IMG/VR virus record: IMGVR_UViG_3300023203_000736
Direction: 5' to 3' (one strand)
DNA: 12,434 nucleotides
From: a virus
Taxonomy: Duplodnaviria; Heunggongvirae; Uroviricota; Caudoviricetes
Part shown: positions 1 through 6,013 of the stretch, piece by piece
Position numbering within the stretch: the stretch's first letter is position 1
How the letters are laid out: the number at the start of each line of letters is the position of its first letter
Program-made: the position numbers and the translations under genes
Notes under the pieces: model-generated
Seen by the model: the letters and a program-made list of their open reading frames with translations, nothing else
What the model was told of the DNA's origin: nothing
The model's database searches: none

Positions 1-1077
1 ATGCGCGTCCCCAAGCCCTTTTACGTCAAGAAACGCAAGACCTGGTACGTCCAGATCGACGGCAAACAGCACAACCTCGGCAAGGACAAGACCGAGGCCA
101 TGAACCAGTACAAGGAATTGCTGGGCGACAGCGCCAAGGTTGCCGCCGAAAACGTCAAGGCCACCGCGCCGGTCCTAGACCTCTTGGCCGAGTTCCTGGC
201 CTGGAGCGAGCGGAACAATGGCGAGAGCAACCACGAGTCGCTGCAAAACCACATTTCACACTTCTCGAAATGGCTGTCTGAGACGGGGCAGGGTCGATTG
301 CGGGTCCGCGATCTCAAGCCCTTCCACGTAACCAGATGGTTGGACGCTCGTTACAAAAACGGTGCGTCGGACACCACCCGCGCCGGGGCCATCCAGTGCG
401 TCAAACGACCGTTCAACTGGGCCGTCGATGAAGGTTACATCCCCATCAATCCAATTGCGCGCATCAAAAAGCCCCGTTACACCCCACGGGGCGACGAGGC
501 ATACATTACTGAGGAGCAATTCAAGGCTCTGATCGAGGCCGCCCGAGACACCTACAAGCCCTACGAGGCCGAGCCGTTCGTGGACTACCTGATGATGGTC
601 CATGATACCGGCTGCCGGCCCCAGGAGATTCGTCAGGTGGAGGCCCGGCACTTCGACGCCGAGAACCGCCTGTGGCGATTCCCGGTCAAGGAGTCTAAAG
701 GGAAGCTGCGTGGGCGGATCGTCCCATTACAGACAGAGCGGTCCTTCGAGATATGCCGCCGACTGGCCCTGAAATACCCCGAGGGACCGATCTTTCGCAA
801 CTCAGACGGTAAGCCCTGGACGGCCTACGCCGTTAGCTGTCGGTTCAAGCGGCTGAGAAAGAAGTGTGACATCGACGCCTGCGCCTACAAGTTCCGGCAC
901 ACTTTCGCCACGAATGAGATTCTCAAGGGCACCGACCTGGTGACTCTCAAGCACATGATGGGCCACGCCGATCTCCAGATGCTCGGCAAGGTCTACGAGC
1001 ACATCCAAGCGGTCAAGAAGGTGTCGGAGGCAGCGAAACCCAAGAAGCCTAAACGCCAAGATACCGACGCCGCTTAG
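1..1077 (+). CDS. int: Tyrosine recombinase / phage integrase (358 aa)
   Basis: Catalytic motifs TGCRPQEI (R), ESKGK (K), YKFRH (Y/H-x-x-R), MGHAD (H) and VYEH (Y). It also has an N-terminal arm-binding-like segment (WYVQIDGKQHNLG) and a core-binding segment (KRPFNWAVDEGYIPINP). Confidence 0.96.
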   Translation: MRVPKPFYVKKRKTWYVQIDGKQHNLGKDKTEAMNQYKELLGDSAKVAAENVKATAPVLDLLAEFLAWSERNNGESNHESLQNHISHFSKWLSETGQGRLRVRDLKPFHVTRWLDARYKNGASDTTRAGAIQCVKRPFNWAVDEGYIPINPIARIKKPRYTPRGDEAYITEEQFKALIEAARDTYKPYEAEPFVDYLMMVHDTGCRPQEIRQVEARHFDAENRLWRFPVKESKGKLRGRIVPLQTERSFEICRRLALKYPEGPIFRNSDGKPWTAYAVSCRFKRLRKKCDIDACAYKFRHTFATNEILKGTDLVTLKHMMGHADLQMLGKVYEHIQAVKKVSEAAKPKKPKRQDTDAA

Positions 1078-1426
1078 CGGAAATGTCGGGCGAGAAGGTG
1101 CGCTCTGCCGGGGCATAGGAATCGAGATCGCCGGCACGGATGCGTATCCTACCGTGTGATGCACCCAAGCGGCGATGGGGCAGCCTCCCTTCTCTGCAAA
1201 GATCGTAGATCGTTTTCGCCGAACACCGTAACCGTTCAGCCGCTTCCGCGACGGTAAGCTCGCTCTTAGATGCGGCGGGCAGGCTGGGGGCCTTTGGAGA
1301 CGAGAGGGTTTCCGCCAAGGTGAGCATGGCGGCGGCGGCCCGATCCCCGCCCGTCACATCAAGGCAGGCGTCGAAAAGCTCGATCGTGACAGGGCTGAGC
1401 CGACGCCCGTGATGATCGTTGGCCAT
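1049..1426 (-). CDS. Excisionase-family HTH (HTH_17/MerR-like) DNA-binding protein with N-terminal helical extension (125 aa)
   Basis: LTVAEAAERLRCSAKTIYDLCREGRLPHRRLG..IRI is the typical xis-like winged HTH, and it sits next to the integrase. Confidence 0.88.
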   Translation of the reverse strand: MANDHHGRRLSPVTIELFDACLDVTGGDRAAAAMLTLAETLSSPKAPSLPAASKSELTVAEAAERLRCSAKTIYDLCREGRLPHRRLGASHGRIRIRAGDLDSYAPAERTFSPDISAKRRRYLGV

Positions 1427-1446
1427 AGGGTTTCACTACCATCCCT

Positions 1447-1812
1447 TCAGTATGGATTCATGCAGTAAGCGGCATACGCCAGTCCGCACGCTTCGCTGCA
1501 ACAGGTGTTACCGTCGTATACGTTCTCGCCGCAATTCGGGCATACCCCGGTCGGCTCCGGTGAGCCTTCGATCCAAGCTGCATACTCGCCGCAGCCTTTC
1601 GACGGGAATTGCTCGGCCGTGGGATCGACGATTTCGCCATGCTCATCAACAAGCCACCAATGCGCCCGCTCGCCCCAGGACCAGCAGTAATAGTGGCCTC
1701 GGACCCGAGCAAGCTCCGGGAAGGCGGCAACCATCTGCTCGGTGACTTCCTTGCAGCGGCCGTAGGGGTTCCTGACGTTGGCGGTGATCCAGGCGGCGTA
1801 CTCTGGCTTCAT
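1447..1812 (-). CDS. Hypothetical protein with a putative Cys-His-Asp papain/transglutaminase-like core and a C-terminal Cys cluster (121 aa)
   Basis: GRCKEVT...AHWW...IVDPTAEQF pattern; C-terminal CPNC...CCSEAC; ATGA overlap with the upstream stop at 1809-1812. Confidence 0.7.
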   Translation of the reverse strand: MKPEYAAWITANVRNPYGRCKEVTEQMVAAFPELARVRGHYYCWSWGERAHWWLVDEHGEIVDPTAEQFPSKGCGEYAAWIEGSPEPTGVCPNCGENVYDGNTCCSEACGLAYAAYCMNPY

Positions 1813-2231
1813 TCAGCGAAAATCCCGCAGGCGTACCATACGCCATTGCTTCCGAGGCACATTGCGTAGCCAAAGTACCGGCAACGGCCGTTGACGGCCG
1901 ACCAATGGCCGGGTGACAGCTTCCAGGATCGGTACATCTCCCTGGCAGCGGCCTCTTGGCTCTGGCCAGGCCAGCTTTCGTTCACGACTTCTGCGAAGGT
2001 ATGGCACTCGGGAATCTGAGGACGCATCCGAGGATAGCGCAACTGCTCCCACCAGAAATGGCCCTGTCGATGAATCTGGGCCTGGTAGGCGGCATGGGCC
2101 TCAGCTTCGGCCTGGAGGACCGGATGCACCTGGCCGGTCATAATCGACCGAACCTGGAGATCGCGGCCGGTTTCAAGAAGCTGTTCGTTTGGCGTCATCG
2201 CCAGAAGCAACACGGCAATCAAATATCTCAT
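1809..2231 (-). CDS. Secreted CAP (SCP/PR-1/antigen-5) domain protein (140 aa; start re-called at 2231)
   Basis: SD GAGG upstream and ATGA overlap at 2228-2231. Hydrophobic leader MRYLIAVLLLA. CAP motifs AEAHAAYQA..GH, AEVV..SW, WKLSPGH and FGYAM....GVWYACGIF. Confidence 0.85.
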   Translation of the reverse strand: MRYLIAVLLLAMTPNEQLLETGRDLQVRSIMTGQVHPVLQAEAEAHAAYQAQIHRQGHFWWEQLRYPRMRPQIPECHTFAEVVNESWPGQSQEAAAREMYRSWKLSPGHWSAVNGRCRYFGYAMCLGSNGVWYACGIFAE

Positions 2232-2491
2232 GGTTTCCTCTTGTGGCGTCGAACCTGCCCGGTACTCCGCTCGTTGCGGCGGACACGGAATTCGACCTGG
2301 TAGTCTCTGGATGAAAGGACTTCGCCTTCGTTTATGCCGTTGCAGTGTCGCTTCACGACTTTCACGACTCGGAAGTCGATGTCGTGGACCAGGCCGCAGT
2401 CGCAGCAGCCTAATCGGTAGCCACGCATCACCGGCCTCTGCCAATCAGTCCAGCCGTTCTTGCCGGCCGGCGGCTCATACATGCGAGGCAT
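2228..2491 (-). CDS. Hypothetical protein with a CCDCGLVH putative metal-binding motif (87 aa)
   Basis: Fills the gap between coupled neighbours, with short overlaps at both ends; WTDW..P...YRLGCCDCGLVH pattern. Confidence 0.7.
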   Translation of the reverse strand: MPRMYEPPAGKNGWTDWQRPVMRGYRLGCCDCGLVHDIDFRVVKVVKRHCNGINEGEVLSSRDYQVEFRVRRNERSTGQVRRHKRKP

Positions 2492-2900
2492 CGGGCGGTC
2501 TCTGGATAGCGTGCTTGTGGAACCGCCTGAGCAAGCCGTCTACGCGATTCTCGATTCCTCGGTGATTCATTGCCTTCTCATCTCGCCACTGCTCGTAATG
2601 GACGAACTCATGGGCGAAGTTTCCGAGGAGAAACGCAGTCTGTAGCCCTCGATCGGGCAGCCGACCGTCGATTCTCGGGCGTCCGCAAGCAAGCGTGATA
2701 GTTGGTTGCCGTCCGGGATGAAAGCAACCCCAGCATCGCCGTCCGTCGTTTGTCGGCAGGGAGACGTTGGGCGCAAGATGGACCGCGATTGTGTGCGGAA
2801 TCGGATAGTGATCCGCGAGCCAGTTGGCCAGCGCGATGTGGATTCCGGCCACCCAGCGGGGCACACGGTTGTAGTGTTTGATCGAGAACGCTATCGGCAT
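2475..2900 (-). CDS. HEXXH (zincin-like) putative metallopeptidase (141 aa; start re-called at 2900)
   Basis: SD GGAG before the ATG at 2900; AHEFVHYEQ motif in a helix after beta-strand-like segments (CWGCF, TITLAC). Confidence 0.7.
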   Translation of the reverse strand: MPIAFSIKHYNRVPRWVAGIHIALANWLADHYPIPHTIAVHLAPNVSLPTNDGRRCWGCFHPGRQPTITLACGRPRIDGRLPDRGLQTAFLLGNFAHEFVHYEQWRDEKAMNHRGIENRVDGLLRRFHKHAIQRPPDASHV

Positions 2901-2989
2901 ATCAGACTCCAATCGGGTTTGCGCAGGCCAAGGAGCGCGCGATCGGCTTGGCAAATCGCCACACCGATGCCAATTCCTGGCCGTTTCAT
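2891..2989 (-). pseudogene. Truncated Nudix-hydrolase-like N-terminal fragment (32 aa: MKRPGIGIGVAICQADRALLGLRKPDWSLICR)
   Basis: Not in the ORF track. The ATG is 2 nt after the upstream TGA. RPGIGIGV...LLGLRK..WSL resembles the Nudix N-terminus (RPxVGVGV...VLLGxRK...WxLPGG), but the ORF stops before the Nudix box. Confidence 0.5.
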
Positions 2990-2991
2990 GG

Positions 2992-3270
2992 TCAGTCTAG
3001 TTCGTCGTAACGAAATCCTTTGACAGCCGGCCGCACTCCACGCGCTTCGCGTTGTTCGATATGACGAAGAAAACGCGGGTCGGATTCAGCCACATGGACA
3101 CGATTCGTGAGAAACCTGCGGATTGGCGGCCCTTTGGGGTTGTAGGGATTCGTGCTTACGATGTCCGGCACAAGCAACTCGTTGATGAGATTCTCCGACC
3201 AGCCCCGTGCTTTCAGTTCGGTTTTCGTGAAGTATTGTTTGCCCTTGCCCCAGAATTGTGTTGGTATCAT
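2992..3270 (-). CDS. Conserved-looking phage hypothetical protein (92 aa; start re-called at MIPTQF)
   Basis: SD GAGG and ATGA overlap at 3267-3270. TKTELKARGWSENLI...PD...NP...P..RV..AE is a pattern I recall from phage hypotheticals. Confidence 0.7.
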   Translation of the reverse strand: MIPTQFWGKGKQYFTKTELKARGWSENLINELLVPDIVSTNPYNPKGPPIRRFLTNRVHVAESDPRFLRHIEQREARGVRPAVKGFRYDELD

Positions 3271-3482
3271 CGGTCTATTTTCCTCACGGGCGCGTCCCAC
3301 TGGGTTCCCCGGAGGATTGAGGTCTTGGTTGTCAGATTGTCAAATGCCTGGTCGCGGCCCTTCTCCGTTGCGTACCAGGAGCGATGGCACCACTTCTTAA
3401 ACCACCGGCTCCACTGCTCGATGCCAAATCGCTTATGCCGTGGTGTCTTTTTCCGGTAGCGTGGAACATCATCTTCACGCAT
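3267..3482 (-). CDS. Small basic Trp-rich hypothetical protein (71 aa)
   Basis: SD GGAG before the ATG at 3482; its stop overlaps the next start (ATGA). Confidence 0.6.
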   Translation of the reverse strand: MREDDVPRYRKKTPRHKRFGIEQWSRWFKKWCHRSWYATEKGRDQAFDNLTTKTSILRGTQWDAPVRKIDR

Positions 3483-3562
3483 CACCAACTCCAGGTGGCG
3501 GCTTCATCAAGCACGGCCAGCAGCCGTGCCCACGTCTGCGGATGCAGCTTCACCCTACGCAC
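3482..3562 (-). CDS. Possible 26-aa mini-protein (MRRVKLHPQTWARLLAVLDEAATWSW)
   Basis: Exactly fills the gap. The GTG overlaps the upstream TAG by 8 nt with AAGG upstream, and the TGA overlaps the downstream ATG (TGATG). Confidence 0.4.
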   Translation of the reverse strand: MRRVKLHPQTWARLLAVLDEAATWSW

Positions 3563-4175
3563 ACGATGCCTTCTGATCCCACTCCCAGGCACCGTTGCGC
3601 ACTCGCATCTGGGACGTGCAATAGCGACAGTGCAACGTGTCGCCCTCATTCTCGGTCAAGAGGGCTTCGTCGAGAGTGGCCATGCAACACTGCATCAACC
3701 CGCCGATCCGCGCGGGCAGCCGACGCTTGTGCGGGGCAGCGATACGTTCGATGCGCAGCATGTCGCCCGGATTGAGCGAGAGTGGTTGATCGAGAGTCAC
3801 CACGATGCCCTTACCGGCAGCCTCCGGCCGGAATACCAGACCGAATTCTTCTCCGTCTCGAACACGAGTTAGGCTCAGACACGAAGGCTTGAGAGAGTCG
3901 TAGGCAGACGTGTCAAGCACATCGGCCATATTCTTTCCGGTGAAGCCGATGTACCGATACTGCGTCTGGCGGCCCTCGCCGGGTGCCCGCGCACTGTCCG
4001 GCACGTCCTCGCAACGAATGTCATGCCCTGCTGCCCGGAGATTGCTGATTCTTGCCGTATGGTTACGGCTGATTTCAGCCAATCGGGCAGTGGGAACGGC
4101 CTCGCCCTTCGCGGCAGCCTCGGTCAGCATTGCCAGGAACATCCGGCAATGCTCGCTATGCAGACTGTTTTTCAT
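3555..4175 (-). CDS. Winged-HTH (HTH_39-like) protein fused to a beta-rich middle part and a C-terminal Cys/Zn-ribbon-like domain (206 aa)
   Basis: SD GGAG. ARISNLRAAGHDIRCE matches the phage wHTH RIxxLRxxGxxI pattern. C-terminal MQCC...HCRYC...GAWEWD. Confidence 0.7.
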   Translation of the reverse strand: MKNSLHSEHCRMFLAMLTEAAAKGEAVPTARLAEISRNHTARISNLRAAGHDIRCEDVPDSARAPGEGRQTQYRYIGFTGKNMADVLDTSAYDSLKPSCLSLTRVRDGEEFGLVFRPEAAGKGIVVTLDQPLSLNPGDMLRIERIAAPHKRRLPARIGGLMQCCMATLDEALLTENEGDTLHCRYCTSQMRVRNGAWEWDQKASCA

Positions 4176-4192
4176 TGTGTTGATCTCCCAAG

Positions 4193-4268
4193 TAGCCCCG
4201 GCGAGACTCGAACTCGCATCTCCGGGTTGAAGGCCCGGTATCCTGGCCTGTTAGAATGAGACGGGGCC
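4193..4268 (-). tRNA. tRNA-Glu (anticodon TTC), atypical, CCA not encoded
   Basis: Minus-strand sequence GGCCCCG TCTC ATTC TAACAGGCCA GGAT A CCGGG CCTTCAA CCCGG AGAT GCGAG TTCGAGT CTCGC CGGGGCT A. It has a 7-bp acceptor stem, a 5-bp anticodon stem with a 7-nt loop, and a perfect T-arm with TTCGA. Confidence 0.85.
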
Positions 4269-4273
4269 AAAAT

Positions 4274-4320
4274 GAGCCGGCCCTAGACAAGGAGCCGGCT
4301 CGCGCGGCCACTTGGTCGCG
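4274..4320 (-). terminator. Two adjacent hairpins just upstream of the tRNA 5' end (possible weak terminator or processing site)
   Basis: GAGCCGGC (4274-4281)/GCCGGCTC (4294-4301) is a perfect 8-bp stem followed by ATTTT on the minus strand. A second 7-bp stem at 4303-4320 has one non-Watson-Crick pair. Confidence 0.4.
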
Positions 4321-4332
4321 GCAGAAAGGATT

Positions 4333-4680
4333 TCAGACGGTGTTGGGTTCCGGTTCGCTCTTCGGAGTTCCGTTCCGCAGCTTGGCCCAAACACGCTGCT
4401 GGTTGCGCTCGCAGTACAGCTTCTTCCAGATGCGCTCCAGAGCAGCCGTCGCCGTCGCTTCGGCCTTGCCAAGCTCGGACAGCGCAGTAACGAGGGTTTC
4501 AATCGCGGCGGCACGTTCCGATACGGCTGTGTAGTTGGGCTGCGCTTGGGCCAACATCTCTTCGACCGAGCCGCGCACGGCGGCGATCAAGTTACCCAGT
4601 TTGTCGCGGGCCGCGCTGAGCGTGGCAGGCGAAGCCTGATCCAGTTCGGCAACGATCTGTCCGACGAGATTGGTATTCAT
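4333..4680 (-). CDS. Ala-rich helical/coiled-coil hypothetical protein (115 aa)
   Basis: SD GGAG before the ATG; amphipathic Ala/Leu/Glu-rich helices. Confidence 0.75.
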   Translation of the reverse strand: MNTNLVGQIVAELDQASPATLSAARDKLGNLIAAVRGSVEEMLAQAQPNYTAVSERAAAIETLVTALSELGKAEATATAALERIWKKLYCERNQQRVWAKLRNGTPKSEPEPNTV

Positions 4681-4701
4681 AGGTTCTCCAGGGTTGGGTG
4701 G

Positions 4702-4839
4702 TTAGTCTTTCTGGTACAAGGGATCGAAGTCTTCGGGATAGGAGACCCGCAGGTCGTCTTCCCAGTCGTCGAAGTCATCATCCAGGTCATCTTCGATGTC
4801 TGACGAATTGAACATGCCGGCGATCCTGTCGAACAACAT
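4702..4839 (-). CDS. 45-aa highly acidic mini-protein
   Basis: Not in the ORF track. Strong SD AGGAG before the ATG at 4839. Sequence MLFDRIAGMFNSSDIEDDLDDDFDDWEDDLRVSYPEDFDPLYQKD, ending in TAA at 4702-4704. Confidence 0.7.
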   Translation of the reverse strand: MLFDRIAGMFNSSDIEDDLDDDFDDWEDDLRVSYPEDFDPLYQKD

Positions 4840-4849
4840 GGTCGAACTC

Positions 4850-5371
4850 CTAGAAGACTGGCTTCTTATGGACCTCGATTTCCGCGAGTTCGGCGGTCCA
4901 AGGAATGGGCAGCCCTTTTGCCTCGCGGATGGCGTTTGTTGTGGTCACGTCGATCGTGCCGTTGCGGTGATCCTGGACGACTTTGGTGTAGGGATTCCAG
5001 CGCACTGGCCGGTACGGGAACCAGATGTCAAGTTCCCGCTCGGCAGTCAGGACCGAATCGGAGGCATGAACCAGGTTCCGTGGCCCTGAAACGTACTGGC
5101 GAAAGTGCCGCCGGATGCCCATTGCAATGCTGCGAATGGCATCCACTGGTCCTTCCACGGCCAAGGCACAGACCGGCGCGGAACACATGAACTCTTCAAG
5201 ACCAGGGTAGAAGTCCTTCATCAGGTGGTCAGCGTAATGTTGCCGGCAAAGCTCCTCGTCCATCTGCACCATGCCGATGTCGCCGACGCCCTGATGCTCG
5301 AAGCAGGCGATACACCACCCAAGCAACTTGTGCTGGATTGCATCAGGCTTGATAAGGACGAGGCTGCTCAC
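4850..5371 (-). CDS. ndk: Nucleoside diphosphate kinase with shortened Kpn-loop region and C-terminal extension (173 aa)
   Basis: LVLIKPDA, RQHY..H..KDFY..L.EFM.S.PV.ALAVEG, active-site RNLVHASDS and AERELDIWF; GTG start overlapping the upstream TGA. Confidence 0.92.
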   Translation of the reverse strand: MSSLVLIKPDAIQHKLLGWCIACFEHQGVGDIGMVQMDEELCRQHYADHLMKDFYPGLEEFMCSAPVCALAVEGPVDAIRSIAMGIRRHFRQYVSGPRNLVHASDSVLTAERELDIWFPYRPVRWNPYTKVVQDHRNGTIDVTTTNAIREAKGLPIPWTAELAEIEVHKKPVF

Positions 5372-5709
5372 GCGGGCACCTTGACCTTCTCGATCTTGAG
5401 TACGGCCTTGTCGCCCAGATCACCCAGTTCCCGCTGCCGCTCCTCAGCATGGTATTCCTCGTCGAAGACCTGCTCGAAGGGGCTGCCGCAGAGCGTGCCG
5501 GAGAGGCGGTACTTCTCGACCGTCGCCGGTATCAAGGCACGCATTCCGCTGTACTCTCCCTTGATGATTCGCAGCGAATTGCCTTTGCCGTCGCGGACGA
5601 TGATGCTCTGAACGTTGCTGCTGTCGGTCCAGTCGAGTTCGACATCGACGCCTTCCAGCACGATGTCGCTGGGCTTCTTCACCTGCGTCCATTGAACGTT
5701 GGTCAGCAT
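5368..5709 (-). CDS. Hypothetical protein (113 aa)
   Basis: SD AAGGA; fills the gap; GTGA overlap with ndk. Confidence 0.75.
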   Translation of the reverse strand: MLTNVQWTQVKKPSDIVLEGVDVELDWTDSSNVQSIIVRDGKGNSLRIIKGEYSGMRALIPATVEKYRLSGTLCGSPFEQVFDEEYHAEERQRELGDLGDKAVLKIEKVKVPA

Positions 5710-5712
5710 GAG

Positions 5713-5913
5713 TTATCCTTTCGTGGTTGTGGGCCAGAGGCAGCGAACCAGGGCGAACAGGCCCAGGGCTTGCCAGAACGTGATCGCCGGCAGCCCGAAG
5801 ATCACCGGGCAGAGCCAGTTCCAGAGCAGCATGATCGGCAACGCGATCAAGAGGCCCAGGACGATCAGGAAACCGAGGACGACGAGTCCTCCTACGACGA
5901 ACTTCTCGAACAT
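5713..5913 (-). CDS. Small two-TM membrane protein (66 aa; start re-called at MFEKF)
   Basis: SD AAGGAG; hydrophobic helices; LLWNWLCPVIFGLPAITFWQALGL is a pattern I recall from small phage/bacterial membrane proteins. Confidence 0.8.
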   Translation of the reverse strand: MFEKFVVGGLVVLGFLIVLGLLIALPIMLLWNWLCPVIFGLPAITFWQALGLFALVRCLWPTTTKG

Positions 5914-6013
5914 CAAAAGCTCCTTGTATGAGAGAATGCCGGCCGTCGATCGACGCGCCCCGGCACTGGACTGATTCCAACCCATGAGGTATGGGTTTGG
6001 TCGTTTGACAGGC

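Noticed and set aside
886-900. YKFRH instead of HxLRH in the integrase as a sign of inactivation
   Set aside because: Tyr at this position is a known tolerated variant in tyrosine recombinases, and the other catalytic residues are present.
2353-2371. Short tandem duplication TTCACGAC(T)TTCACGAC
   Set aside because: Simply encodes VVKVVK; too short to be meaningful.
4226-4242. Reading the anticodon loop as U33-TCA (UGA suppressor/Sec tRNA)
   Set aside because: Shifting the register by one destroys the CCGGG/CCCGG stem. There is no long variable arm, and TGA is used as a normal coupled stop throughout.
4193-4268. tRNA as the attachment site of the integrase
   Set aside because: It is a full-length gene in the middle of the gene run about 3 kb from int, with no duplicated 3' fragment in the window.
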